Notes: a model not told the origin generated them from the letters alone. A DNA stretch of 64,000 nt from an uncultured Chloroflexia bacterium (GCA_963748625.1 CAVVJT010000004.1:352001-416000), one strand, 5' to 3'; counted from the stretch's first letter, positions 27,783 through 37,832 are shown. A program made the numbers and translations.

Positions 27783-27959
27783 ACTGGAATGCTAGGGCGC
27801 GGCAGCCGTGCGGTGAAGGGGCTTCTCCACGATGTTGCCCACCGACTTGTCCACACGCCGCGAGCGCCGGTGGACAGACCATGAGAACCCGTCAAAAGTT
27901 GTTGACGTCCACCGCAGCTCCTGTGCGTGGAGGCCGGTTGCGGCACCGATTCCGATCTG

Positions 27960-29045
27960 CTAGGGCCGCGCCTCCGGCCGAAGCTCCAGGCCGAGACCCG
28001 GCCGGTCGGGCAGCTGCCAGACCTTGTCGTCGCTGATCTCGAGTCCGCTCACCGGATCGTCGGCGAGCAGCAGGCAGCCATCGAGATCCACCCACTCCGC
28101 CAGCGGCGAGACCGCCGCCGAGGCTGCGATCACGATCGACGTCTCCTCCATGCAGCCCAGGAACGTCCGGAAGCCCATGGCCCTCGCACGCTCGAGCATC
28201 CGTCGTGCCGGACCCACCCCGCCCACCTTCGCAAGCTTGACGTTCACGCCCTGCACGACACCGACCAGGGCATCGAGGTCGTCCGCCGTCACGGAGCTCT
28301 CGTCGGCCACGATCGGCAGCGGCGAGCGTGCCTGGAGCCACGCCAGCTGGTCCAGGCGGCGGGCCGGGAACGGCTGCTCGATCAGGACGACGCCCAACCG
28401 CACGAGATCGTCCAGCATCGAGGCGGCGCCCTCGGGGGTCCAGCCGGTGTTCGCGTCAACCCGGATCGGCCCGCCGTAGACCGCCCGCACGGCCTTGAGC
28501 GTCTCGATGTCGCTGGGGCCACCCATCTTGATCTTGAGGGCCGGGAACCCAGCCGCGCGACGGGCCCGCTCGGCCACAATCTCGGGCGTGTCGAGACCCA
28601 GGGTGAAATCGGTCGGCGGCAGGTCACCGGGCACATCGAGCAGGTCGCGGATCGGCAGGCCCAGGCGTTTGCCGGCCAGGTCATGGAGCGCGATGTCGAT
28701 CGCGCACTTGATCGCCCCGTGATGGCCGATCGCATCGTCCATGCGGCGCGATGCCTCGACGAGCGCTGCCCGCACCTCCTCGAGGCCACCGCGAAGCCCG
28801 GCCTCGACCGGGGCCAGCGCCTCGAGCAGGAGGGGGGTGACCGCGGCCATGGTCTCGGGCGTGTCGCCGTAGTAGGAGTCCGGGTACCCCTCGCCCAGAC
28901 CCACCGGGCCTGCGGGGTCCTCGCTGTCGCGGAGCTCGGCCACCACGGTCGTCTCGACCAGGCCTTCGCCATGGCTGGACCGCGCGATGACGAAGGGGTC
29001 CCTAAGCGGGAGTGTCAGCGTCCGTGCGCGCAACGTGAGCGTCAT
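27960..29045 (-). CDS. Dipeptide epimerase (L-Ala-D/L-Glu epimerase / DgcA-like, enolase superfamily)
   Basis: LPLRDPFVIARS, AIDIALHDL, LKIKMG, RVDANTGW, IEQP, VADES, NVKLAK, GCMEET, DLDG. Confidence 0.9.
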   Translation of the reverse strand: MTLTLRARTLTLPLRDPFVIARSSHGEGLVETTVVAELRDSEDPAGPVGLGEGYPDSYYGDTPETMAAVTPLLLEALAPVEAGLRGGLEEVRAALVEASRRMDDAIGHHGAIKCAIDIALHDLAGKRLGLPIRDLLDVPGDLPPTDFTLGLDTPEIVAERARRAAGFPALKIKMGGPSDIETLKAVRAVYGGPIRVDANTGWTPEGAASMLDDLVRLGVVLIEQPFPARRLDQLAWLQARSPLPIVADESSVTADDLDALVGVVQGVNVKLAKVGGVGPARRMLERARAMGFRTFLGCMEETSIVIAASAAVSPLAEWVDLDGCLLLADDPVSGLEISDDKVWQLPDRPGLGLELRPEARP

Positions 29046-30175
29046 GCCCCGGCCTCCGCGACCGGCGCGGGCTGGACCCAGGGGAGAGCCTCGACGGCGG
29101 TCTCGATCTCGCGCCAGAGGCCATCGCCACCGAAACGCACTGGGTCGGCCACGGGCAGACCGGTTTCCGCGGCCGTGACGCTGATGAGGCGCCGGGCCTC
29201 CTCCTCGTCCGTGTAGTCACTCGTGTTCAAGGCGATCGCGACGACCCTGGACGGGCGGACCAAGGATGCGACGGCCTCGTGGATGCTGATGAACTCGGGC
29301 AGCGGCTGGAGCGGGAACTGCACGGCGGGTCCGTGGTCGAAGTCGTGGGCCGTCAGGGCCGGCCTGTGCACAAGGACCATCGCGTGAGGCGTGCAGCCGT
29401 GGATCAGGCCCAGGGTGACGCAGCTGTACGCGGGATGGTCCAGGCTCCCCTGCCCCTCCACCAGCAGCCAGTCGGCCCGCCGTTCCCCCTCCTCCATCAG
29501 CCATTCACACGTGCCTTGGACGAAGTCGCTGATGACCCGGTCAACGGCCACGCCCCACCCCTCGATCATCATCCCCGTCTGCCCGGTTGGCACGAAGACC
29601 ACGGACCTGCCTGCGGCCAGGGCGGCACGCCGGAGCTCCAGGGCGACCGACATCTTGCCGATGGCACAGTCTGTGCCGACCGTGAGGATCACCCGCTTGC
29701 CCGGCAGGTGCTTGCGGCCCACGGCCGTCTCCATCCGCTCCGGCGGCCTCCGGTAGTCCACGAGACGCACACCCGACGAGCGGGCCGTGTCGGCGAACTC
29801 CGGGTCATCGCCGAGGAAGGTGTGCAGGCCCGAGTGGATGTCGAGGCCGGACCGGATCGCGGCCAGGATCATCGTCCGCCACTCGGCCGGGAGCTTGCCG
29901 CCGGTTGGGGCGATGCCGATCAGGAGGGCGTTGGCACGGGGGATGAAGCCCAGCGCGTCGTTGAGGGATGCGACGATCGGGATGTCGAAGCGCCCGGAGT
30001 CCCCCAGCCACTCGCGGACGTTGCGGCCTGCCTGCGTGGAGTCGATGACGGCGACGACCTTGTCGGTGCCGAACCTGATCACCCCCATCGCGGTCTTGCC
30101 GTGGTGGAAGCCGAAGTTGCCTTCGGCGAGGATCACGAGGCGCCGTTCGGGTGCTGCGGGCATCAGGCCGTCCAT
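29042..30175 (-). CDS. DUF1611 domain protein (DgcN-like)
   Basis: GKTAMGVIRF, IGIAPTGGKLP, SGLHTFL, TVGTDCAIGKM, TGQTG, VEGQGSLDHPAYS; start could be 30163. Confidence 0.9.
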   Translation of the reverse strand: MDGLMPAAPERRLVILAEGNFGFHHGKTAMGVIRFGTDKVVAVIDSTQAGRNVREWLGDSGRFDIPIVASLNDALGFIPRANALLIGIAPTGGKLPAEWRTMILAAIRSGLDIHSGLHTFLGDDPEFADTARSSGVRLVDYRRPPERMETAVGRKHLPGKRVILTVGTDCAIGKMSVALELRRAALAAGRSVVFVPTGQTGMMIEGWGVAVDRVISDFVQGTCEWLMEEGERRADWLLVEGQGSLDHPAYSCVTLGLIHGCTPHAMVLVHRPALTAHDFDHGPAVQFPLQPLPEFISIHEAVASLVRPSRVVAIALNTSDYTDEEEARRLISVTAAETGLPVADPVRFGGDGLWREIETAVEALPWVQPAPVAEAGA

Positions 30176-30284
30176 CGCTACGGGGAGAGTGCGGCCGAGT
30201 CTATCGGCTGCGACACGGACCGCGCCGCTCCGTCGCGGACATACGAAGACGCCCCCGGCGGGCCGGAGGCGCTGGAAGGATCAT

Positions 30285-30361
30285 TGGTACCGCATACCGG
30301 ATTCGAACCGGTGGTCTCCGCCTTGAGAGGGCGGTGTCCTGGGCCTCTAGACGAATGCGGC
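30285..30361 (-). tRNA. tRNA-Glu (anticodon CTC)
   Basis: GCCGCATTCGTCTAGAGGCCCAGGACACCGCCCT-CTC-AAGGCGGAGACCACCGGTTCGAATCCGGTATGCGGTACCA. Confidence 0.95.
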
Positions 30362-30759
30362 GAGGCGTTGTCGCACAGGGGCGACGGCCGCGAAGGATAG
30401 CAGGACCCCAGCGCTTCCCGCAACCGCCTACCCTGCGACCGCATGTCCCTGCGACCGGTTGCCGGGTCGGTCGCCTTCCTGCCGCCCATCGGGCCTTGCG
30501 AGCGGAAGTCCGCGCGTTTGTGCCGCATGGCGGGAGGCTCGGCCTGAAAACCGGCGAACGGGGCCTGTTCCGCCTGCTCGGCGGTTGGGCTGCGCAGAAT
30601 CCTGCACGCAGTGCCCGCTGGGCGGGAGGCGGCCGCGCGGGAGGCGCCCCCCCGGGCCCCCCCGGGCCACGCGCTGGGCCACGCGCCGGGCCACACGAGG
30701 CGGTCGCGCCGGGCCTGGGACCCGGAACAGGCCCTGTGACCTGCTGCCGGGCCGGAGAC

Positions 30760-31632
30760 CTACAGGCGATGCGACTCGAGGAACGAGCGCAGCGTCTCGG
30801 CCACCTGGAGGTAGCTCTGCTCCCCCAGCACGAGCCCGTAGTGCGAATGCGCGCCGAACGGCTCGTAGGGCGCGTCGAGCCACTCGGCCAGGCGCTCCAC
30901 GCCGGGCTCGGGCACGGTTGCGTCAAGGCCACCCCCGATCACCAGCCGGGGCACGTCAGGGATCGCCGACCGGTCCACCGACACGCCCGAGAGCACCTGG
31001 CGGCGGGCGCGGCCGCTCTCGAACGGCTTCTGGCCGAGCAGGTGCTGGACGCGGATGACATCGTTGAGGGTGAGGTCGCGGTGCTCGCGGAGGAGCATCT
31101 CGGGCAGGGTCTCCCAGCCCAGCTCCGCACGCCCGTAGACGTCAGGGATGTCACGCACCACGTGCGGTCGGGCGGGGTCGCGCAGCTCCTTGGGCGCCTC
31201 GGGAGCGACGAGCACGTAGGCGGAGCACGGTGCCCGCTCGACCGCTTTGAGCACGAGGAGCCCGCCCATCCCATGGCCGACGGCCACCACCGTGGGCCCC
31301 AGGCGCGCCATGGCCGCCACCACGTCCTCGGTGTAGGACTCGATGTCCAGCGTGGTTGGGTCGGCGGTCTGCGACCAGTAGTGGTTGCGCAGGTTGAGGG
31401 CGTGGCCCTCCCAGCCGCGGCCGGCGACGTAGTGCAGGAAGCGCTCCCACACCCAGGACCCGCCGAGCTCGCCGTGCACGAACAGGATCGGCTTGCGGCG
31501 CGATCTGCGTTCTGGCAGCCAGGATTCAACGTACAGCCCGCGGTCTGCGAGCTCGATCTCGTCCTTGCGCACTGGGCGGCCTCCGGAAGGCGTGCGGCCG
31601 ACGAGGCGGTCAGGGGGGTTCAGGTCGCTCAC
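30760..31632 (-). CDS. Alpha/beta hydrolase-fold protein lacking the catalytic Ser (GHGMG)
   Basis: PILFVHGELGGSWVW, VAVGHGMGGLL, GGGLDATVP, HSHYGL. Confidence 0.8.
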   Translation of the reverse strand: MSDLNPPDRLVGRTPSGGRPVRKDEIELADRGLYVESWLPERRSRRKPILFVHGELGGSWVWERFLHYVAGRGWEGHALNLRNHYWSQTADPTTLDIESYTEDVVAAMARLGPTVVAVGHGMGGLLVLKAVERAPCSAYVLVAPEAPKELRDPARPHVVRDIPDVYGRAELGWETLPEMLLREHRDLTLNDVIRVQHLLGQKPFESGRARRQVLSGVSVDRSAIPDVPRLVIGGGLDATVPEPGVERLAEWLDAPYEPFGAHSHYGLVLGEQSYLQVAETLRSFLESHRL

Positions 31633-31640
31633 GGGACGGC

Positions 31641-32957
31641 CTACCACTCGAGCGGGTTGAAGAGGAGACCCGTGAGGGCTTTGGGGTAGAAGTACGTGGA
31701 CTTCTGCGGCATCACCTCACCGTCGCGTGCAACCTGCAGGATCGAGGCCACCGGCGTGGGCTCCAGCAGGAACGCGGCGTCAGCGCCCTCCGTGCCGGCG
31801 TCCACCAGGGCGACCGCCTCGGCCGCGGACTTCGTGTACGTGATGCGACCACCGCCCGCAACGGCCGTTGCATCGATCCCGGCCAGCACCTCGAGCGCCG
31901 TGCCCAACAAGGAGACGTCAAGGGCGCGCACGGCCGCTCCGTCAGGTCCGGCGAGGGTGCCGAAGGCGTCGCGCCGGGCCTCGAGCAGCCATGCCCCAGT
32001 CCGGGTCACGAGGCCGAACCGGCCATCGCCGCCACGCAGCTCGCCGGCAGCCCCGAAACGCGCCTCGAGGGCTTCAGGCGTGGCGTCGGACACCGTGAAC
32101 AGCTCAGGGAGGCGGCCCAGCAGGCGGGCGGCCCCGTCCTCGCCAAGGCCGCGCACCACACGGTGGGTCGGGAGGACCGTGAGTTGGTCCGCGGCATCGA
32201 GGAAGAGCATCAGCAGGAAGTCGAACGCGGGGTCCTGCTCACCGGTGTGGTTGACCCTGCGCTCGTCACGGTAGCGGACGGCCGTCTCGTAGCGATGGTG
32301 GCCATCGGCGATGAACACCGGGCCGGCGCCCGCTGCGGTTAGCAGACGGCCTGCGACCGAACCCTCGCCCTCGTCCGGCACAACCCACAGGCGATGCCTC
32401 ACCCCGTCGTCGTCGGTGACGTCAGCAACGGGCGCACCCTGGACCACGGCGGCAAGCGCGGCCCGCGCATCCCGCGACGGGTCCTCGTACAAGCCCACGA
32501 CCGGCGAGGTGTTGAGGCCGGTGGCCCGCAGCAGGCGGTACCTGTCCTCCTTGGGACCCGACAGCGTCCGCTCATGAGGGAGCACGGAGCTGCCCGGTCC
32601 GAACGGCTCGATGCGCAACCGGGCGAAGAACCCGCGCTGGATTCGCTCAAGGCTGGTCCCGGGAACCCGGTACGTCTGCTCGTAGACATAGACCGACGGC
32701 TTGGGATCCTTGCGCAGGGTCCCGTCGGAACGCCACGCCGTCAGGGTCCTGGCTACCCGCCGGTAGCGCTCATCGGGATCCTCGCCCGACGTCGCCTCGG
32801 GCAGGTCCAGCCGCACCGAGTTCTTCGGGTGGCGCGCCAGCAGCTCGCGGTGCAGGTCCGGCCCGATCACGTCATACGGTGGGGCGACGATCGCGCCCTG
32901 GTCGCCGACGACGTCGGGGTCGTAGCGGAGGGCACGGAAGGGGCGGATCTCGGGCAC
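31641..32957 (-). CDS. DUF1015 domain protein
   Basis: IRPFRALRY, APPYDVI, PHERTL..PKEDR, IADGHHRYETA, LPTHR, MPQKSTYFYPK. Confidence 0.92.
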   Translation of the reverse strand: MPEIRPFRALRYDPDVVGDQGAIVAPPYDVIGPDLHRELLARHPKNSVRLDLPEATSGEDPDERYRRVARTLTAWRSDGTLRKDPKPSVYVYEQTYRVPGTSLERIQRGFFARLRIEPFGPGSSVLPHERTLSGPKEDRYRLLRATGLNTSPVVGLYEDPSRDARAALAAVVQGAPVADVTDDDGVRHRLWVVPDEGEGSVAGRLLTAAGAGPVFIADGHHRYETAVRYRDERRVNHTGEQDPAFDFLLMLFLDAADQLTVLPTHRVVRGLGEDGAARLLGRLPELFTVSDATPEALEARFGAAGELRGGDGRFGLVTRTGAWLLEARRDAFGTLAGPDGAAVRALDVSLLGTALEVLAGIDATAVAGGGRITYTKSAAEAVALVDAGTEGADAAFLLEPTPVASILQVARDGEVMPQKSTYFYPKALTGLLFNPLEW

Positions 32958-33205
32958 GGGTTCCTCTGGGCGCGGGCGAGATGGCAGGTCCGGGGCGGGG
33001 CGGGCCAAGGCGGCGGGCAGGCCGCGCGGGACGCGAACCGGTGGGACGGGACCGGGGTCACTGCATCGTACGATAGGCCGGGTCGAACGGCCACCATCCG
33101 GGCCCGTCGTCCGTTTGACCGAGGGGGCTGCCGCTGGTGCAACTTTTCCACCATCACGCGCGTCATGGCTTGGATCACCGTCCTGTCCATGCTCGAGGAC
33201 CCCGC

Positions 33206-35653
33206 GTGCCCCTGTCGGCCATCGCACGATCCTTCCGGCCCGCCGTCGCCCTCGGTGCCGCCCTCGTGGTCCTGTCCGCAGTCCTCGCACCGGCATCGGT
33301 CGCTGCGGCGGACGGCCCGTCGATGACCGCGCGCGCCATGCTCCAGGGCCACGTGCGCCAGGGAGGCTGGTTCGCGGTCGCGGTGGACGTCGAGAACGCC
33401 GGACCCACGGTCAACGGTGAGGTCCGGATCACCGGTGGGGTGGACTCTCGCACGCGGTTCTCGGTGCCCGTCGAGCTCGCCACCGGCTCGCGCAAGCAGA
33501 TCCTCCTGTACGCCCAGCCGCCAACCTTCGGCGGGAACATGAAGGTCCAGCTGCTCGAGGGCGACAAGGTCCTCTCCGAATCGAAGGTCGCCATCGCCCT
33601 CCACGACCCCAGCCAGCTGGTGGTCGGCGTGGTGGCCGAGAACCCGGCCAAGGTCGTCGGCGAGATCAAGCTGCTCCCGAGCACCACCGGCAGGCCCACG
33701 ACGATCGTGCCGCTGTCTCCAGCCGATCTGCCCGAGCGCGTGCAGGCTTGGTCCGGCATCGACCGTCTCGTGTGGCAGGACACGGATGCGGCAAGCCTCA
33801 CGCCCGGGCAGCTGTCCGCCCTGCAGGGCTGGGTCGCGGGCGGCGGCAGGCTCGTGATCATCGGCGGCACGGCCGGTGCCGACTCGCTCAACGCCTTCCC
33901 GGACAGCCTGCTTCCCTACCGGCCCACCAGCACCCTCGACATCGATCCGTCCGCGACGACGGGCGTCCTGGGCGGCACGCCGGCGGGCGCGACGACCCTC
34001 ACCGCACTTGCGGGAGACGCGGGCGCCGGACGACCGCTCGCACAGTCAGGTGACCGCGTCATCGCCGCGGAGCGCACGGTCGGCAACGGCAGCGTGACCC
34101 TCATCGGGTTCGACCCGACCACGAGCTGGATCGCGCAGGGCGAGCAGTGGGACACCCCGCTCTGGCGCCGGCTGCTGCCCGTACGAGCGGCGGGTGCCGT
34201 CACCATGACCGACGACTCGCAGATCGTGTCGGCCGTGACCAACCTGCCGAGCCTCGCCCTGCCGCCGGTCGGCGGCCTTCTCGTGCTCCTGTTCGGCTAC
34301 ATCGTGCTGGTTGGTCCCGTGAACTACCTGGTCCTGCGGCGCCTCGACCGGCGGGAGTGGGCATGGATCACGGTGCCAGCCTTGATCGTCGTGTTCACGG
34401 TCGGCTCGTTCGGGATCGGGAGCCTGATGCGCGGCAACGAGGTTATCGTCCACGAGGTGGCGATCGTGCGCGGCGCGCCCGGCATCGAGACCGCTTCCGC
34501 CCAGTCCTACCTGGGCATCTTCAGCCCCTCGCGTTCCACCTTCCAGCTGCGCGTCGCGGGCGATGCCCTGCTGGCGGCACCGATGAACGGCGACATCTTC
34601 GGGTCCGGCCAGGTGAACACGCTCGACATCCTCCAGGGCGACCCATCCCGCGTCCGTGACCTCGCGGTGGGCGTGGGCTCGTTGCGCACCATCCGGGCCG
34701 ATGCCAGCGCGACTGGCCCCAAGGTCACCGCCGACCTCCACGTCCAGGACGGCCGCCTGCAGGGCACGATCACCAACGACTCCGCACAGCCCCTCGTGAA
34801 GGCAGCGATCGTCGTGGGCAGCAGCGCCAAGTCGCTCGGTGACATCGCACCGGGCGCGAAGGTCGACATCTCGATGGCGGTGGGGTCGAACCAGTTCAAC
34901 CAGATGGGGCTATCAGACCGGATCCTCGACCCGATGAACTGGGACGGCATGAGCATGACCGAGGACCAGCAGCGCAACCTCGTGCGCCGTTCGGTGGTGG
35001 ACCAGCTCTCCGTGGACCCGATGACCGGGTTCACGACCGGCTTCGGCGCCGAGAACGCGACCCTGATCTCGTGGGGCACAAGCGGCGTGGTCCCGCTCGA
35101 GGTGGAGGGCCAGAAGGTCCGCCACATGGCCAACGTGATGTACCAGGTCCCGCTCGCCTACGAGGTCCTCGGGAGCACCACCTTCCGCAACGATCTCATC
35201 AGCAGCAGCGTGCTCGACGTGGCCGCCAACTTCTTCTCGAAGGATCCGTGGGCGCTCAACATGGGGCCGGGCATGGCCACGGTCTCGTACCGGCCCATCG
35301 GCATGACGGGCACGCTCCAGCCATCGGCGGTCAAGGTCGCGATGACGTTCGGGGGGGACTTCTCGATGCCGGCGGGCAAGTCGACCATGCTCGAGGAGGC
35401 CATCCGCTGCGAGGCGGGCACCGAGGGCTGCAACGTGCCGATGGACGGCCTGCCCGACCTCGAGATCCTCGATCGGCGGAGCGGCACGTGGGTGCAGTTT
35501 GCGCACATGTCCCAGGGCAAGGCCTACGAGCTCGAGGATGCCGCGCGCTGGGTGGAGCCTGCGACTGGCGAGGTGCAGGTCCGCTTCGTCAACCAGCGCA
35601 CCGACCAGGTGAGCTTCCAGTTCCCGATCGAGATCACAGGGACCGTCCGATGA
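33206..35653 (+). CDS. Large exported/membrane protein, first gene of the ABC-MoxR-VWA cluster
   Basis: Signal peptide, beta-rich domain, GATase-like LQGWVAGGGRLVIIGG, TM pair YIVLVGPVNYLVLRRLDRREWAWITVP. Confidence 0.8.
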   Translation: MPLSAIARSFRPAVALGAALVVLSAVLAPASVAAADGPSMTARAMLQGHVRQGGWFAVAVDVENAGPTVNGEVRITGGVDSRTRFSVPVELATGSRKQILLYAQPPTFGGNMKVQLLEGDKVLSESKVAIALHDPSQLVVGVVAENPAKVVGEIKLLPSTTGRPTTIVPLSPADLPERVQAWSGIDRLVWQDTDAASLTPGQLSALQGWVAGGGRLVIIGGTAGADSLNAFPDSLLPYRPTSTLDIDPSATTGVLGGTPAGATTLTALAGDAGAGRPLAQSGDRVIAAERTVGNGSVTLIGFDPTTSWIAQGEQWDTPLWRRLLPVRAAGAVTMTDDSQIVSAVTNLPSLALPPVGGLLVLLFGYIVLVGPVNYLVLRRLDRREWAWITVPALIVVFTVGSFGIGSLMRGNEVIVHEVAIVRGAPGIETASAQSYLGIFSPSRSTFQLRVAGDALLAAPMNGDIFGSGQVNTLDILQGDPSRVRDLAVGVGSLRTIRADASATGPKVTADLHVQDGRLQGTITNDSAQPLVKAAIVVGSSAKSLGDIAPGAKVDISMAVGSNQFNQMGLSDRILDPMNWDGMSMTEDQQRNLVRRSVVDQLSVDPMTGFTTGFGAENATLISWGTSGVVPLEVEGQKVRHMANVMYQVPLAYEVLGSTTFRNDLISSSVLDVAANFFSKDPWALNMGPGMATVSYRPIGMTGTLQPSAVKVAMTFGGDFSMPAGKSTMLEEAIRCEAGTEGCNVPMDGLPDLEILDRRSGTWVQFAHMSQGKAYELEDAARWVEPATGEVQVRFVNQRTDQVSFQFPIEITGTVR

Positions 35654-36606
35654 CCAGCATCGTCAAGGCCACCGGGCTCGTGAAACGCTACGACCGCACG
35701 CTCGCGGTGGCGGGCCTCGACCTCGACGTGGGCGCGGGCGAGATCTTCGGGCTGGTCGGGCCCAACGGCGCGGGCAAGACGACCACCCTGCGGATCCTCG
35801 CGACGCTGCTGGTCCCGGACCAGGGTGATGCCGAGATCGCCGGAGCGTCCGTGCGCCGGAACCCGGACGATGTGCGGCGCGTCCTCGGCTGGATGCCTGA
35901 CTCCTTCGGGGTGTACGACGACATGAAGGTCTGGGAGTACCTGGACTTCTTCGCGCGCTGCTACGGGATCCCTGCCGACCGACGCCGGCGCATCATCGGC
36001 GACCTGCTCGAGCTGGTGGACCTCGCCGACAAGCGCGAGACCTACGTCCAGGGCCTCTCGCGCGGCATGCAGCAGCGCCTGTGCCTCGCCCACACCCTGG
36101 TCCACGACCCCCAGGTCCTCCTGCTCGACGAGCCGGCCTCCGGCCTTGACCCCCGGGCGCGCGTCGAGCTTCGCGAGCTCCTTCGGGAGCTGCGCTCGAT
36201 GGGCAAGACGATCCTCGTCTCCTCGCACATCCTCCCCGAGCTCGAGGAGCTCTGCACCTCGGTGGCGATCATCGACCGAGGGCAGGTGCTGGCCCACGGC
36301 CGGGTCGCCGAGATCGAGAAGCGGCTTCGCGTGGGCGCCGTGCTGCGAGCGCGGATCCTGGGCGAGCACGACGCCATCGAGGCCGCACGGACCTGGTTCA
36401 GCGGCCAGCCCGACGTGGTCACGGCCGAGGTGCTCGACGATGGAACGGTGGAGATCGGCTTCCACGGCGATGACGACGGGACGGCCCGGCTCCTGGCCCA
36501 CGCGGTGGGCTCCGGCATGCGGGTGATGTCGTTCTCCCGCGCGGCCAGCGACCTCGAGGAGCTCTTCCTCCAGGTCACCGCGCCAGACGAGGCGGTGCCG
36601 GCATGA
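35650..36606 (+). CDS. ABC transporter ATP-binding protein
   Basis: Walker A GPNGAGKTT, signature LSRGMQQR, Walker B LLLDEP, SSH. Confidence 0.95.
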   Translation: MTSIVKATGLVKRYDRTLAVAGLDLDVGAGEIFGLVGPNGAGKTTTLRILATLLVPDQGDAEIAGASVRRNPDDVRRVLGWMPDSFGVYDDMKVWEYLDFFARCYGIPADRRRRIIGDLLELVDLADKRETYVQGLSRGMQQRLCLAHTLVHDPQVLLLDEPASGLDPRARVELRELLRELRSMGKTILVSSHILPELEELCTSVAIIDRGQVLAHGRVAEIEKRLRVGAVLRARILGEHDAIEAARTWFSGQPDVVTAEVLDDGTVEIGFHGDDDGTARLLAHAVGSGMRVMSFSRAASDLEELFLQVTAPDEAVPA

Positions 36607-37832
36607 CCGACCAGCAGCAGCCGCCCGCGACCGGCGATCTCCTGCCTCCTCCGCCGCCGCCCGGTCCGGTGCCGGAGTCGGTCCCCGCGGCCGTGCGGGC
36701 GGAGTCCGTCCCCTCGGCCGTCCCGGCCGATGCCGCAGCGGCGTCGCCGATTGACGCAGACCTGGCCGCGCTGCGCGCCGACCAGGCGACCCCTGTCCGC
36801 CGCACGCGCTTCAGGGCGATCCGGGCGGTTGGCACCGGGATCGCCGCCGTCGGCGTGAAGGAGCTGCGGGGCCGCATGCGCGGCAAGCGCGCTTTCGTGA
36901 TCATGACCGCCTACCTGCTGCTCATCGCCGGCTTCGCCTGGATGATCGAGTCGCTCACCGAGCGCACGTACACCAGCGGCTTCGGTGGGAGCTTCTCCGC
37001 CTCGGCCGAGATCGGGCGGGGCATGTTCCTCGCGATCATCGTCCTGCTCACGATCGTCACGCTCATCCTGGCGCCAGCCTCCACGGCCGGGGCGATCAGC
37101 CTCGAGCGCGAGAAGCAGACGCTGGACCTGCTCGTCACCACGCCGATCTCGTCGCTGGCGATCGTGCTGGGCAAGCTCCTCTCCGCCCTGACGTGGATCT
37201 TCCTGCTGCTGCTGGCGTCCATCCCGATCGTGTCGCTCGTGTTCACGTTCGGCGGCGTTGCGCCGGAGGATGTGGTCAGGGCGTACCTGGTCCTCTTCGT
37301 GACCGCGATCTGCTTCGGGTCGATGGGCCTGTTCATCTCTGCGCTGGTCAAGCGCACCCAGGCCGCGACGATCATCAACCTGGTCCTCGTGATCGCACTG
37401 ACGGCCGGCACGACGTTCATCTTCGTCTTCTGGGTGATCATGACCGGCAGCAGCGGGGTCTTCCCCGACCAGGCGCGGCGGGATGAGAGCTTCTTCGAGT
37501 CGCTGACGAAGCGGCCGCCCGAGGCGCTCGAATGGTGGAACCCGTTCGTGGCCCAGGTGGACGTCATGTGCGGCACCGAGACCGGCTTCGGCGGGTCGTG
37601 CCAGATCGTCGCGGGCGTGACAGGCAACGGTGAGGAGTTCGTCAACGACGCCAACGGGGACGGCAACTTCGGCCCTGCACGTGACTCCTACTGGCCACGC
37701 AGCCTGGCCGCGATGACCGTGACCGCGCTCCTCCTGATCATTGCCTCGGTGCAGCTCGTCTCGCCGACGCGTCGCTGGCGCATCCGCCGGGGCCGGCGAC
37801 GGCAGGCTCCTGCGCAAGGAGCTGCCGCATGA
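36603..37832 (+). CDS. ABC-2 type transporter permease
   Basis: KELRGRMRG, AISLEREKQTLDLLVTTP, IVLGKL, 6-7 TM helices. Confidence 0.88.
   Translation: MTDQQQPPATGDLLPPPPPPGPVPESVPAAVRAESVPSAVPADAAAASPIDADLAALRADQATPVRRTRFRAIRAVGTGIAAVGVKELRGRMRGKRAFVIMTAYLLLIAGFAWMIESLTERTYTSGFGGSFSASAEIGRGMFLAIIVLLTIVTLILAPASTAGAISLEREKQTLDLLVTTPISSLAIVLGKLLSALTWIFLLLLASIPIVSLVFTFGGVAPEDVVRAYLVLFVTAICFGSMGLFISALVKRTQAATIINLVLVIALTAGTTFIFVFWVIMTGSSGVFPDQARRDESFFESLTKRPPEALEWWNPFVAQVDVMCGTETGFGGSCQIVAGVTGNGEEFVNDANGDGNFGPARDSYWPRSLAAMTVTALLLIIASVQLVSPTRRWRIRRGRRRQAPAQGAAA

Noticed and set aside
27820-27880. Replication origin (TTGTCCACA at 27847-27855 and weak relatives)
   Set aside because: Only one good DnaA-like box, no AT-rich unwinding element, no dnaA/dnaN nearby
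22039-30361. Genomic island bounded by tRNA-Arg and tRNA-Glu
   Set aside because: No integrase, no duplicated tRNA 3' end, host-like composition and housekeeping content
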